Below are positions 27,584 to 38,734 of a stretch of DNA of 64,000 bases, piece after piece (position 1 is the stretch's first letter; every line of letters begins with the position of its first letter). Source of the DNA: an uncultured Eggerthellaceae bacterium (GTDB lineage Bacteria; Actinomycetota; Coriobacteriia; Coriobacteriales; Eggerthellaceae); contig CAIFEG010000004.1 in the NCBI GenBank assembly GCA_903789415.1, positions 1 to 64,000 of the forward strand, given 5' to 3'. Made by a program: the position numbers and the translations under genes. Below the pieces are notes generated by a model. That model saw nothing but the letters and a program-made list of their open reading frames with translations. It ran no database searches and was not told the DNA's origin.

Positions 27584-29878
27584 CTATGCGGTTCCTTGTG
27601 CAATCACACGATTTTGCGGAAGATATTCGGAGTCAAAGGTGTCGGCGCGTACAATATCGCCATCAGAATCTCGTACCGTGCGCACAACCGTAATCTCTCG
27701 TCCATCCTGCCCTTGCGCTTTCACTTCTTCGGTTCCTGAAGGCAGGGAGTCATCATCTTCATACACCGTTGAGTATGCTTGACCTGGTTCCCAATTTCCT
27801 ACGTCGCTAGTAACGGTATAGCCGGGGTCTATCCCATACAATGTAGCGGTAACCGTGGTATCGGTATGCGACATTTCCAGGAGGATATCTGAAGATGTAT
27901 CGTTGCTCCATTTCAGGTCGGGAGAAGGCCAACTTACGGCGGCGTCACGGCCCGCAGGATATCCCGCCATATAAATAGAGTGATTGTGGCGTTCATCTAC
28001 AGGCAAGCCCGATTCATACACCGCATTAAACACGGTCGTAGCCACTTGGCAAATACCACCGCCGTACGAGTCTTCCGTGGTGTTCCCGACCACAATGCTT
28101 GCGGGCTTATAGCCTGTTTCTTCGCCACAATAGCCTGCAGTATCGTTAAAACTCCAGGACCCTCCATTTGCTTTTATTACCGATCCCGATATAGCGTCGG
28201 CAGCGCGGTGAATATTAAAGTTACGGTTCTCTGCGCGTGCCGTGTATTCGGTGGTGTAGGTGCTGATCTGAGACACAACCCCCAGGTCAATTGCCTCATC
28301 AAGGGACATCGTCGTCGGCACCGACTGCATGTTTATCTGAATGAACCGATTGCCAGTTTCGCCCGGTTGGTCGTAGAGCACCGATTGCAACGTGGCGGCA
28401 CCTTCGGTGACGTCGGGAACTTCGGTTGCGTTGCTCAAGGTAACCTGGACAGAGCCGTCGTCACCTGTTTCAAAAGAAACGGTGAAATTGTTTTCGGCAT
28501 CAGACGTGTCGGCTTCGCTCATGATCTGCTTTTTTGCTTCATCTTGATTGATCGAAGGAACTAAATTCCACTGCCCGTCATCATTGCGTGCATCGCATGT
28601 GGTAAGCGAGCCCAAATCGCTTGGCGTGAACGACCACTGTTTCCCATTGCAATCAAACTGCACGTCTTCGGTGAGCGCTCGATTGACCTCATCAGAGCAA
28701 GTTTGTGCGTGTGCCATGTCTATTTGCATCGGGGTATAGGTAGGAGCCGCAACAAATTGCCTCGGGGTGTCGGAATCTGAAGTAAAGAAATTGCTACAGG
28801 TAGACGCAAAATCTTGGCGGTTAATCATATTTCCGTCGTGTCCTTCAACAGCAGTTGCTTTTCCATCGGTAATGGTAACGCTGGAGTTTTCGAACGGATC
28901 TCCGATGGTTCGGTCGATTTGATCGCAAAAAGAATCCACTGCAGATTGGTTTAAATCTACTGGTACATCAAGGTGAGTGGGTGAAAAGAGCTGTCTGATG
29001 CGATCGAAGGGCGATGCATGGCCGGTCTGGAGCGCCTTTTCCGCCAAGCCATCGTAGTCAATAGTAGCTTGCAGCATATCGGCATCGGTCGTCCACTGCG
29101 AGGTTGAAGCATTCTCCTGGTCGACAGAAACCGTATCGCCAGATTCTTCATTGGAAGTCTGGGCGTCAAGTGCTTCCTGACTGGCGTAAATGGTAATTCC
29201 TGAAGAGTGAAGCCGCTGCTCATACTCTTGAGAAACCGCTTGTATGGCCTGGTCTTTATCCATTCCGCCCACGTTCACTACACCAATGGTGGTGCCATCG
29301 TAAATGATATGGGAATGTGAAATGGCATCGGCAACCGACCATATGCCACCGCCAACTAAGAAAATACAGACGCACGCCACGATGATTGCGGCTCGTTGGG
29401 ATCGACGATAGAGCCGACCGAATTGCTTGCGCAGTGCTCGAAACGCAACAACAATGGCGCGCCCGATCGCTTTTGCAATAGTTAAAAGGATATTAAGCAA
29501 TGCAGCAAGAAATGCGCGGAATGCGTTTTGTTGCGTCGATGGGGAATAAGCTTTAGGGAACGTGCTTTCCGAGGCACGCGACCTAGTATTTGCTTTCGGA
29601 GCTCTTCTTCTCGTGTTTCGATAAACGGGCCGATCATACGATGGTTGATAGGTACCATGATTGTGTGATCTGCGGGGTGATTGATGCTCTCTGTGTACGC
29701 TCGTGTGGGATTGCTGATGGTCCGTCGAATGTACAGCTCGCGAAGGCCTCGCGTGCGACGTTGAGGCGGCAGATCTCGAAGGCTTTGCATGCGACGTTGC
29801 GTCCGCAGGCTTACGGTAAGGCCTAATAGTGGGAGACTTTTTTCGAGCGGAACTGGCTTTTCGATGTTGTATGCCCAA
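27584..29878 (-). CDS. VanW-family protein with C-terminal G5 domain and a basic, disordered N-terminus plus a TM anchor.
   Basis: VanW core YGGGICQVATTVFNAVYESGLP. G5-like C-terminus (EEVKAQGQDGREITVVRTVRDSDGDIV). Confidence 0.7.
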   Translation of the reverse strand: MGIQHRKASSARKKSPTIRPYRKPADATSHAKPSRSAASTSHARPSRAVHSTDHQQSHTSVHREHQSPRRSHNHGTYQPSYDRPVYRNTRRRAPKANTRSRASESTFPKAYSPSTQQNAFRAFLAALLNILLTIAKAIGRAIVVAFRALRKQFGRLYRRSQRAAIIVACVCIFLVGGGIWSVADAISHSHIIYDGTTIGVVNVGGMDKDQAIQAVSQEYEQRLHSSGITIYASQEALDAQTSNEESGDTVSVDQENASTSQWTTDADMLQATIDYDGLAEKALQTGHASPFDRIRQLFSPTHLDVPVDLNQSAVDSFCDQIDRTIGDPFENSSVTITDGKATAVEGHDGNMINRQDFASTCSNFFTSDSDTPRQFVAAPTYTPMQIDMAHAQTCSDEVNRALTEDVQFDCNGKQWSFTPSDLGSLTTCDARNDDGQWNLVPSINQDEAKKQIMSEADTSDAENNFTVSFETGDDGSVQVTLSNATEVPDVTEGAATLQSVLYDQPGETGNRFIQINMQSVPTTMSLDEAIDLGVVSQISTYTTEYTARAENRNFNIHRAADAISGSVIKANGGSWSFNDTAGYCGEETGYKPASIVVGNTTEDSYGGGICQVATTVFNAVYESGLPVDERHNHSIYMAGYPAGRDAAVSWPSPDLKWSNDTSSDILLEMSHTDTTVTATLYGIDPGYTVTSDVGNWEPGQAYSTVYEDDDSLPSGTEEVKAQGQDGREITVVRTVRDSDGDIVRADTFDSEYLPQNRVIAQGTA

Positions 29879-30238
29879 ATCAGACCTCCCCTCTCATGTT
29901 TTCACATATTAATAGTTCATTCTATCGTATACTGCGCAAAATATGGCACCCTACCGAAGTTGCAGCAGATGCACCGTCTCTTTCGCACCTTGTGTTTCTT
30001 TTAGAAAAAATGAGGCGACACATTCTTCAAAAGAAGTGTTTCCAATTGCGAACATTCTTGTATGAGATATTCATACGGTCTTCAAAAATATACTCTTTTG
30101 GCTGTATTTCTGCTCATTTTGCATAACGATTTTGTGCAATCTTGCTCAATCTTGCCAGGAATAATTTCCTCTATGCGAAAATCGAAAAAGTTTTGTCGTT
30201 CTTAACACTCTCCATATTTTTGGGATTGGGAGGATTAT

Positions 30239-31489
30239 ATGAAGTCACGCAGGCTTTTAGCCATTGTTGTGGCAGTTTTTGGCGTTGTTCTTGCGTTTGG
30301 GCTTTCCGCTTGCTCGAGCTCAAACAATGGCAGCAGCGACAGCAGTAGCAGCAATAGCAGTAGTACAAGTAGCAGCAACACCGGCGCGGTCGCGGCGACC
30401 GTTAATGGTAACGACATCTCCGAAGATGACATTACGAATTACATCCAAGGATTCCGCGAGAACCAGGGTTTAACCGATGAAGATTCTTGGGGCCAATGGC
30501 TCGCACAGTATCAGATGACACCCGAAAGTGTTCGTAGCGCGGTGCTTCAACAGTTCGAGCGCACGGAGCTTCTCAACGAAGCGGCGAATGAATATGGCGT
30601 CAACGTTACCGACGAAGATGTCGACTCCAACATTCAAAGGATGCGTTCCAACTATGATTCTGATGATGCATGGAATCAGGCGCTTTCCCAAGCGGGATAC
30701 ACCGAAGATACGTATCGTCAAACCGTTCGCTCTGGTCTGCAGCAAAGAGGTTTGATGGAGCAGGTGAATACCGGTGTCCAAGATCCGTCAGATGATGACG
30801 TTCTCAATATTGCAAAACAGTACGGATCTGCATTTAACGGCGCAAAACGTTCCGAGCACATCTTGTTCTCAAGTGATAACCAAGATCAGGCACAGCAAGT
30901 TTTAGACCAGATTAACAACGGTCAGATTTCATTTGAGGATGCTGCAAGCCAATATTCGATTGACACGCAGACCGCTCAAAACGGTGGCGATGTTGGTTGG
31001 GATAAACTCAACCAGTTCAATTCCGACTACACCAGCCAGCTCGACAGCTTGAGTCCTGGCCAGGTAAGCGGCTTATTCAACGATCAATACGGTATCGAGA
31101 TCGTGAAATGCACCGATCAATGGAATGCCCCGGACAGCATCGACAGCTTAGATCAAATGCCGAGCGAGCTCGTGGACTTCATTCGTCAGATGCTGATTTC
31201 GGAAAATCAACAGCAGGCATTTAGCAATTGGTTCTCAAATTACAGAAATAATGCGAGTATCCAGGAAAATGATATGCCTGACGGACTGCCGTATAACGTT
31301 GACATGTCTAAGTATCAAACCGATAACAGCAGCACAAGCGATCAGAGCCAAAACAGTGATAGCCAAGACCAAAGCTCAGATCAGAACAATCAGAGTACCG
31401 ATCAGAGTAGCCAAAACCAAAACTCTGATCAGTCTGGACAATCCAGCGATCAAGGCCAGTCATCTCAGGATTCAGGTTCGAACAACTAG
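30239..31489 (+). CDS. PrsA/SurA-like parvulin peptidyl-prolyl isomerase lipoprotein with S/Q/D-rich low-complexity linkers.
   Basis: Lipoprotein signal LAFGLSAC. Parvulin domain HILFSS..GGDVGWD. GGAGG SD. Confidence 0.7.
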   Translation: MKSRRLLAIVVAVFGVVLAFGLSACSSSNNGSSDSSSSNSSSTSSSNTGAVAATVNGNDISEDDITNYIQGFRENQGLTDEDSWGQWLAQYQMTPESVRSAVLQQFERTELLNEAANEYGVNVTDEDVDSNIQRMRSNYDSDDAWNQALSQAGYTEDTYRQTVRSGLQQRGLMEQVNTGVQDPSDDDVLNIAKQYGSAFNGAKRSEHILFSSDNQDQAQQVLDQINNGQISFEDAASQYSIDTQTAQNGGDVGWDKLNQFNSDYTSQLDSLSPGQVSGLFNDQYGIEIVKCTDQWNAPDSIDSLDQMPSELVDFIRQMLISENQQQAFSNWFSNYRNNASIQENDMPDGLPYNVDMSKYQTDNSSTSDQSQNSDSQDQSSDQNNQSTDQSSQNQNSDQSGQSSDQGQSSQDSGSNN

Positions 31490-31518
31490 TTACTGAACCG
31501 CGGAATTGATGGCAGTTG

Positions 31519-31598
31519 CAGAGTAAGTGATGCTCGGCTGCCGCTTAAATGAGTGGCGTTCGGCTGTCGCTTAAATGAGCGATGCTCGCCTGCTTCTT
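31519..31598. repeat. Three tandem ~27-bp imperfect repeats (GCTCGGCTGCCGCTTAAATGAG-like) upstream of the LuxR-type regulator gene.
   Basis: Read directly. Confidence 0.7.
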
Positions 31599-31729
31599 AA
31601 TCAAAAAGCAAGTTAGCTGAACGCCGCTTGGTTTACGTTGTTTTTGTCATTCTCAACAAGGCCAGACAGAGGCGCTGCGTTCGTAGGATATGCTAATCTT
31701 ACGTATGCACGCAAGATGTCTGGTCTTTT

Positions 31730-33598
31730 TTGTACCATTTAAGACATGTTGAGAAAGAATCATCAATGAACCATCCGCACATTTCAGTTTCCACAAAGAG
31801 ACAGGTGCTCTTGTGGACTGATCAATGGTTCCCTTTTTGTGCGGCAGCGACTATTTCTTGGCGTCAATGGGTACTTTTACTCTCCAGCAAAACACTCGAA
31901 AATGGGAATATCGGCAATATCCTCTTTTTGCTTACGGTTATCATTTCGTGCGTGGTCGTTGCTCTTTTTGCTCGCAAAAAAGATGAGCAGAATACCATTC
32001 CCGAACTTTTCGTCACCTTCTTCAATGATCCTCATGTTGTGGCATTCTTCCTCATATTTGCGCTTTTGAACTGGGGGATTGGACTTTTCCTCCTGTTTGA
32101 TGGCGATGCGCCTATCTGGCTCGCATACCTCGAGACGATAAGCGCGGGTGTTGCGTGTGCGGGCTTTTTTGTGATGTGGGCTGAAATATTTGTGCATGTT
32201 GAAATGTCGCAAGCGACATTCACGCTTGCTGCATGCGTGCTTCTTTCCGGACTGATTGATCAGATAACTGGTGGAGCAAACGAAATAGCATTTTTTATTA
32301 TGGGGCTTCTGCTTATTGCGGCCACCGCGGCGGGTATTCAGCGTGCGGGTGCGATGCTTATTGGCCCAAGTCTTATGCAAACGACGGGTAAGCAACAGCC
32401 AACTCATCATGAATCATCGGTCGCTGGACTTGCAATTACGGTCTTTTTACTTCTTACGTTGCTTTCAGCCATCAAGACTGTTGGCACGGGACTTCCTGTT
32501 ATGGAATTTTCAGTCGGGGTGAGCCTTTCGGGAGCAATTATTGTAGTTCTTATGCTGTTCTTCGGCCGCGTTCCCCTAAACTGGCTCTGGCGCATCAGCT
32601 TACCCCTGTTACTTCTTGGGGCTGCATCAGCGCTTTTTAAGGGCTCAATTTCAGATATTGCAGGGCGTATTATCTGCGATATTCCCGTGGGGATGCTTGC
32701 TATTATGGCGGCAAGCATTGGGGTGCACTACGCACGAACCCATACAACCCCCACGATTAAACTTGCTTGCATTGCGGGTGGAGCATTTGCGGCAGCAGAT
32801 CTTCTCGGTTTTGATGGCACGGTTGCGCTTCTTCAATATGTCCATATCAGCGGTACGGTTATCGTTCTCGTTGCTACGGTTGTCGCAACGATCGCGGTGA
32901 TGGTATGTCTGGTCTGGAATGATACGCTTTCACTTCAAGCGAGCACATTTACTGGTTTCTCGGCATTTTCCGCAGGAGAAGGGCTGAGTTATTTGCGCCC
33001 AATTTCGGTGGCTGCGCATAAGATTGCGGATCACGATACCTCGGAATCTGAATCTGTGAAGCCCGAATCTGAGACTGAGCAAGAAGCCCGCAGCTCTCGG
33101 TCTCGTGGGGCTCAATATGCCGGAACAATGAACTCTAAGGAAAGTCCTTTTGGGACGGGGAATATTTCTGCAGCGGAATCGCCACGTGATGTATTAAACA
33201 GTATGGCTCTGAACAATAGTCTTTCTGGTGAAGTAGTACCCACGTCCGGCGCGCCGTTTTGTCCGTTACCTTCGACCATAGAAAATGCGAAGATTCTTTC
33301 TTCTGCTGCTGCAAGTGTATATGGTCTACGCAATCGCGAAACAGAAGTTCTCACCCAACTTCTTATGGGGGAATCTGCGGGGCAAATCGCTGTTGATTTG
33401 TTTATTGCTCGCGGAACGGTAAAAGCGCATATCCATAACATTTATTCAAAAATGGGGATTCATAATCGTGAAGAATTGCGTGTTGCTGTAGATAAGGCAT
33501 ACACGAAAGTGAGTTCGGATCGGGCTCACGAAAGAGCGAGAACGGCGCTTGATAAAGCCGATAAATTGCAACAACAGAATCAGAATCACGAAAAATAG
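31730..33598 (+). CDS. Membrane-anchored LuxR-family transcriptional regulator (N-terminal polytopic domain, C-terminal LuxR HTH).
   Basis: C-terminal RETEVLTQLLMGESAGQIAVDLFIARGTVKAHIHNIYSKMG is a LuxR/GerE HTH. About 10 TM helices precede it. Confidence 0.75.
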   Translation: MYHLRHVEKESSMNHPHISVSTKRQVLLWTDQWFPFCAAATISWRQWVLLLSSKTLENGNIGNILFLLTVIISCVVVALFARKKDEQNTIPELFVTFFNDPHVVAFFLIFALLNWGIGLFLLFDGDAPIWLAYLETISAGVACAGFFVMWAEIFVHVEMSQATFTLAACVLLSGLIDQITGGANEIAFFIMGLLLIAATAAGIQRAGAMLIGPSLMQTTGKQQPTHHESSVAGLAITVFLLLTLLSAIKTVGTGLPVMEFSVGVSLSGAIIVVLMLFFGRVPLNWLWRISLPLLLLGAASALFKGSISDIAGRIICDIPVGMLAIMAASIGVHYARTHTTPTIKLACIAGGAFAAADLLGFDGTVALLQYVHISGTVIVLVATVVATIAVMVCLVWNDTLSLQASTFTGFSAFSAGEGLSYLRPISVAAHKIADHDTSESESVKPESETEQEARSSRSRGAQYAGTMNSKESPFGTGNISAAESPRDVLNSMALNNSLSGEVVPTSGAPFCPLPSTIENAKILSSAAASVYGLRNRETEVLTQLLMGESAGQIAVDLFIARGTVKAHIHNIYSKMGIHNREELRVAVDKAYTKVSSDRAHERARTALDKADKLQQQNQNHEK

Positions 33599-33885
33599 AC
33601 GTCCAAATAAGAAATAAGATGCTTCGCAAATATGCTTTAGTAAATCAAGCAATTCGATGATGCCTTTTCCGCCATTATTTTAAATTGCCTGTTCAGAGGC
33701 ATATATTATTCTCACGCGAGAATGGTTTACTCGGAAAATAACCCTTTCAACCCATGTTAATCCAATCAAACTCTTTCCTAAATTGAGTGTAGTGAGTTTG
33801 TGCTACCCATATGTGCTGCGCGGAAAACATCTCAGGTCATGCGCATCGCAAAAGGTAGCTAGCATAAAGAAGAGAGAGGGTAAAT

Positions 33886-36800
33886 ATGGACTTGACGAGA
33901 CGCGGTTTCTTTAAAGCCAGCGCGCTCGCCGCTGCCGGAGTTGCAGCTCTAGGACTTTCTGGAGAAGCTCAGGCATATGCCGACCCAGAATTTTCAGCTG
34001 ACAGTGACTGGAAGCTGGTGGATACCGAAGAATACACCAACGTCTGCTGCTATTGTGCAGGTGGATGTGGGTCGGTTGTTTCGGTGCGCGACGGCAAGAT
34101 CGTAAATGTTGAAGGAGACCCGGATAACCCCATCAATGAAGGTGGGTTGTGCCCAAAGGGCGCGGCGATGATGCAGCTGCACGATATCGTTGACCCAGAA
34201 ACGGGAAAGTGGATTCCGAATCCGAATCGTGAGTATGCGCCAAAAGTGCGCCGCCCTGGCGCAAGTGACTGGGAACCTATTTCATGGGATGACGCGTTCG
34301 ACGAAATTGCACGTCATATTAAAGACACGCGTGATGCAACGTTCCAAGTGACTGACGAAAACGGGGTAACGGTCAACCGCACCGAGGCGATTGCAAGTTA
34401 TGGCGGGTCTCAGCAGAACTCCGAGGAGCAATACCTTATCTTGAAGGCCATGCGTATGCTGGGCATTATCGCCGTTGATAACCAGGCACGTGTGTGTCAC
34501 TCATCAACGGTTGCGGGACTCGCGCCAACGTTTGGCCGTGGCTCCATGACCAATCACTTCAGCGACATTGCCAACACCGACTATATTTTAACCTGTGGTT
34601 CGAACTGCGCAGAGTGTCACCCCGTTTCTATGAAGTGGATCAACCGCGCGTTGGAGCGTGGCGCAAAATGGATCGTGGTCGATCCGCGTTTCACGCGTAC
34701 CGCAGCAAATGCCGATGTGTATCTGCCGATTCGTTCCGGCACTGATATCGCGTTTTACGGCGGCATGATCAACTACATTTTTGAGCACGATCGTTGGCAG
34801 CATGAATATGTCATGCATTACACCAATATCTCCTACATCATGAACGACGATTTCGATTTTGATCCCGAGACTGGTTTGTTCAATGGTTGGAACGAGGATA
34901 CACAAACCTACGACACTACCCAGTGGGGCTACGCAACAGACCACACCGAAGAGTGGGATACGTCTGAAAATGGAACGTATTCATGGGTGTCACGTCCTGG
35001 TGTGCCTCAGTTTACTCCTCCGACAGTGCAGGTTCCGCGTACCGATCCCACTTTGCAGGATCCGCATTGCGTCTATCAGATTATGCGTAATCATTACAGC
35101 CGCTACACGCTAGACACGGTTTCTGATATTTGTGGTATGAACAAAGACGCACTTGAGCAAGTGTATGAGCTTTATACGCGTTCAGGCGCATCTGATAAAT
35201 CGGGCACAATTATTTTCGCGCTCGGTCAGACCCAGCACACCTATGGTGCGCAGAACTGCCGTTCGATGGCTATGATCCAGCTGCTGCTTGGAAACATTGG
35301 CATGCCTGGTGGCGGCTGCAACGCCTTCCGCGGTGAGCCAAATGTTCAGGGCGCAACTGACATGGCAATGACCGTCTACGATTTGCCTGGATATCTTCAC
35401 TGGCCAACGGTTGCAACCACGCCATCTCTTGCTGACTGGCTGCATCATGAGACATATTCATCAGGTTATTACACCAATAAGCCAAAGTTCATGGTTTCGT
35501 TCTTGAAGGAATACTTCGGGAAGAATGCCACCGTCGACAACGATTACGGCTATGACTGGCTGCCAAAGATCGGCAGCAACAACCTTACGCACATCCGCAC
35601 GTTTGAGGCAATGCGCGACGGCACCATGAAGGGCTATTTCGCGTGGGGTATGAACCCCGCAAATTCCGCTCCGAATGCGAAGTTCGCTCGTCAAGCAATG
35701 GCAAACCTTGATTGGCTCGTCGTTGCCGATTGGTTTGAAACCGAAACCGCGAGTTTCTGGAAAGCTCCCGATATGGATCCTTCGCAGGTACAAACCGAAG
35801 TCTATATGTTGCCTGCTGCGGAAATTTTCGAAAAGCCCGGTACCATCGTTAATTCTGGTCGTTGGCTGCAGTGGCGCAACAAGGCTGTTGAGCCGGCGGA
35901 AGATACGATGACCGACCTTGAAATGGTCAACCAAATTTGGAAGCGTGTCGCGGCGCTGTATCGCAGCGAAGGTGGCGTCGGTGCAGATTGCATCTTAAAT
36001 ACTGCGTGGGATTACGATATTGGTGGCAAAGCAAGCTTCGAAAAGGTTGCATGGGCGATGAATGGCTATCGCGTAAATAGCAGCGACTTCCATGCCAACA
36101 AACCTGATCTGTTGACAGGATATAGCCAGCTGCAGGCCGATGGTTCTACCGCATGTGGCATTTGGATTTACTCCGGCTACTACAACAATTCTGCTGAGCC
36201 TATGAACCCGGCAGCTCAGCCCGTGGGCTCTCGCGGACTGCGCAATCCCGGCGGTGTGGGTCTGTACCCCGATTTCGCATTCAGCTGGCCGAACAACCGT
36301 CGTGTTCTTTACAACCGTGCCTCTTGTGATCCACAGGGAAACCCTTGGAAGCACGATCAGGTATTGGAAGAATGGGACGGAACCCGTTGGATCTCAAACG
36401 ATGTGCCTGACTTTACCGCAACGACCACTTCCAATGGCACTACCACGCAAGTTCCGCCAAACGACAACGCATTCTTTATGCGTTGGGAACAGCGCGGCTG
36501 CTTTACCACGACGCAAATGCCTGACATGCCGATTCCTGAATTCTACGAGCCAATCGAAAGCCCTGCGGAAAACGAGCTCAACCATCGTCAGAATTCGCCG
36601 CGTGCGATGTTTACGAAGGATCCGTCGCTGCAGAAAGGCGATCCAGATCAGTATCCGCTGGTTGCAACTACCTACGGCATCACCGAACATTGGCAAACGG
36701 GTCAGCAAACACGTTCCTGCCCTGTGCTCGACGAAATTGCGCCGAAACAGTTCATCGAAATTGATCGCGATTTGGCTGATGAGAAGGGCATCCAGAACGG

Positions 36801-37044
36801 CGACGACGTACGCGTGTTTAACAACCGCGGATCGGTCGTTGTTGCCGCAATGGTCACCGATCGCATGACGCCGCTTACCGTCAACGGAAGAACAGTTCAC
36901 GAAGTTGGCCTGATTCACCACTGGGGCTGGGCAAACAAGTTCAGTACCGGCGATACAGTGAACGACCTCACACCGAATGTCGGCGATCCAAATAGTTATA
37001 TTCCTGAATACAAGGCATTCCTTGTAGACATTGAGAAGGCTTAG
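33886..37044 (+). CDS. fdnG: Formate dehydrogenase-N alpha subunit, TAT-exported, Cys-type (no selenocysteine).
   Basis: TAT signal RRGFFK. Mo-bisPGD enzyme motifs. Active-site RVCHSSTVAGLAPTFGRG aligns to E. coli RLUHGPTVASLAPTFGRG with Cys replacing Sec. Confidence 0.85.
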   Translation: MDLTRRGFFKASALAAAGVAALGLSGEAQAYADPEFSADSDWKLVDTEEYTNVCCYCAGGCGSVVSVRDGKIVNVEGDPDNPINEGGLCPKGAAMMQLHDIVDPETGKWIPNPNREYAPKVRRPGASDWEPISWDDAFDEIARHIKDTRDATFQVTDENGVTVNRTEAIASYGGSQQNSEEQYLILKAMRMLGIIAVDNQARVCHSSTVAGLAPTFGRGSMTNHFSDIANTDYILTCGSNCAECHPVSMKWINRALERGAKWIVVDPRFTRTAANADVYLPIRSGTDIAFYGGMINYIFEHDRWQHEYVMHYTNISYIMNDDFDFDPETGLFNGWNEDTQTYDTTQWGYATDHTEEWDTSENGTYSWVSRPGVPQFTPPTVQVPRTDPTLQDPHCVYQIMRNHYSRYTLDTVSDICGMNKDALEQVYELYTRSGASDKSGTIIFALGQTQHTYGAQNCRSMAMIQLLLGNIGMPGGGCNAFRGEPNVQGATDMAMTVYDLPGYLHWPTVATTPSLADWLHHETYSSGYYTNKPKFMVSFLKEYFGKNATVDNDYGYDWLPKIGSNNLTHIRTFEAMRDGTMKGYFAWGMNPANSAPNAKFARQAMANLDWLVVADWFETETASFWKAPDMDPSQVQTEVYMLPAAEIFEKPGTIVNSGRWLQWRNKAVEPAEDTMTDLEMVNQIWKRVAALYRSEGGVGADCILNTAWDYDIGGKASFEKVAWAMNGYRVNSSDFHANKPDLLTGYSQLQADGSTACGIWIYSGYYNNSAEPMNPAAQPVGSRGLRNPGGVGLYPDFAFSWPNNRRVLYNRASCDPQGNPWKHDQVLEEWDGTRWISNDVPDFTATTTSNGTTTQVPPNDNAFFMRWEQRGCFTTTQMPDMPIPEFYEPIESPAENELNHRQNSPRAMFTKDPSLQKGDPDQYPLVATTYGITEHWQTGQQTRSCPVLDEIAPKQFIEIDRDLADEKGIQNGDDVRVFNNRGSVVVAAMVTDRMTPLTVNGRTVHEVGLIHHWGWANKFSTGDTVNDLTPNVGDPNSYIPEYKAFLVDIEKA

Positions 37045-37056
37045 GGGTGATAGAAA

Positions 37057-37941
37057 ATGGCTGATCTAGCAATTTATTATGACTCCTCCAAATGCACCGG
37101 ATGCAAGGGCTGCATGGTTGCGTGCAAAACCTGGAATAACCTGCCTTCGCCGATCGAGCTGAATTCGCAGCCATATTCGGGCACGTATCAAAATCCCGTT
37201 GACCTGAACGAGAACACACGCACCATCATCACGTACAAAGAGCGTAAACGCGAAAATGCGTACGGCATTGACTGGGCGTTCGGCAGCAGACGCTGCATGC
37301 ACTGCACCGATGCGGCGTGCGTAAAAGTGTGCCCAAGTGGGTGCCTGTATCATGATGACAACGGGTTTGTGGTTATGGATATTGACAAATGCATCGGCTG
37401 CCAGTATTGCCGTGCAGCCTGCCCGTTTGATGTGCCGCGTCACACCGGAGTGAACGTGCGTGGTGCCGATATCAAGATCGATAAATGCGATGCATGCGCG
37501 ACACGTGTGGCCCATGGTATGAAGCCCGCATGCGTGACCACCTGCCAGCCAAATGCGCTGGATTTTGGTCCGCGTGAAGAGATGCTTACGCGTGCACATG
37601 AACGTGTCGAATGGCTGCACAAAAGAGGCTACGCCGATGCGCGTGTGTACGGTGAGACCGAAGCCGGTGGCACGCATGTCATTATGGTGTTGAAATACGA
37701 CATTTCTCAATATGATTTGCCTGAAAATCCGAATACCAATAAGGGCGCTGCTTCCAATGTTATGAAACCACTTACCGCACTTGCAGCAGTTGGAATTGTG
37801 GGTGGCTTAGGTATCACCTATGCACGTGCACATGGCTATCATCGTGACCATATGGCGTACGACACTAAAACTCACGACGTTGTTGATATGGATAAAGACG
37901 AAGTGGAACGTCATATCGATAAGGAAGCAGGTGAGCGCTAA
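37057..37941 (+). CDS. fdnH: Formate dehydrogenase-N iron-sulfur (beta) subunit.
   Basis: Four CxxCxxCxxxCP ferredoxin motifs. C-terminal TM anchor. Confidence 0.85.
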   Translation: MADLAIYYDSSKCTGCKGCMVACKTWNNLPSPIELNSQPYSGTYQNPVDLNENTRTIITYKERKRENAYGIDWAFGSRRCMHCTDAACVKVCPSGCLYHDDNGFVVMDIDKCIGCQYCRAACPFDVPRHTGVNVRGADIKIDKCDACATRVAHGMKPACVTTCQPNALDFGPREEMLTRAHERVEWLHKRGYADARVYGETEAGGTHVIMVLKYDISQYDLPENPNTNKGAASNVMKPLTALAAVGIVGGLGITYARAHGYHRDHMAYDTKTHDVVDMDKDEVERHIDKEAGER

Positions 37942-37942
37942 G

Positions 37943-38734
37943 ATGGAACAGAAGGAACAAAGATACATCCAGCGTCATTCTATGCAAACTAGAATCACGC
38001 ATGACATTGTTGCGGTTGCCTGCATCTGGTTGACGTTTAGTGGCTTGTTCGTATTTATCCCCGCGCTTGCCTCGGCATTCCCCGATTTTACGCGCGCAAT
38101 GCGTGTGTCTCACCGCATCGTGGGTTGCATTCTGATTATCACGCCAATCGTGAGCGCGATCCTTTCACCACGTGGCGTGGGTAGATTCTTCAAGAAATAC
38201 TTCACGAAGTGGACGCCTGAGGATAAGGAATTCACGAAGAAATTCGTCCCATACATGCTGAATGCGCGTAATGTGCACATGCCTGATCAGGACGAAGTGA
38301 AGTCGGGCCAGCGCTTTGCTGATGGCTTGATGGTCGTCGGCGTGCTACTAATGGCGATTAGCGGCTTGGTGCTGTGGCTTGGCACGTCGGTATGGCGTGT
38401 AAGCGGTGACACTGCTTCTGTTATGCGCACCATCCACGATATTTGCTTCCTTATTCTAGTGATCTTTGTAGTTGCTCATGTCTACCTGGGTGCCGGCATC
38501 TTCGAGCCGTACAAAGGAACAGGAAAGCTTATGTGGGGCAACGGCCAAGTGAGCGAATCGAACGCCTTGTACCACTGGGGCTTCTGGGCGCGCAAAGAGC
38601 TTGAAAAGGGCGACAAGGTGTTGCTCAAAGACGAAAATGACCAGGTTGTTGCGCGTGGCAAAGAAGCCGTTGATCTCGGTAATACCTACATCGAGGAAAA
38701 GCTCAAGCAAAAAGCACCACTCAAACAGGAATAA
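37943..38734 (+). CDS. fdnI: Formate dehydrogenase cytochrome b556 (gamma) subunit. Start at ATG 37943.
   Basis: Four TM helices with conserved His. Starts 1 nt after the fdnH stop. The ORF-track upstream extension overlaps fdnH. Confidence 0.75.
   Translation: MEQKEQRYIQRHSMQTRITHDIVAVACIWLTFSGLFVFIPALASAFPDFTRAMRVSHRIVGCILIITPIVSAILSPRGVGRFFKKYFTKWTPEDKEFTKKFVPYMLNARNVHMPDQDEVKSGQRFADGLMVVGVLLMAISGLVLWLGTSVWRVSGDTASVMRTIHDICFLILVIFVVAHVYLGAGIFEPYKGTGKLMWGNGQVSESNALYHWGFWARKELEKGDKVLLKDENDQVVARGKEAVDLGNTYIEEKLKQKAPLKQE

Noticed and set aside
33886-37044. Selenocysteine (in-frame TGA plus SECIS) in the formate dehydrogenase alpha subunit.
   Set aside because: The ORF is uninterrupted and the active-site position encodes Cys (RVCHSST). 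No recoding is needed.
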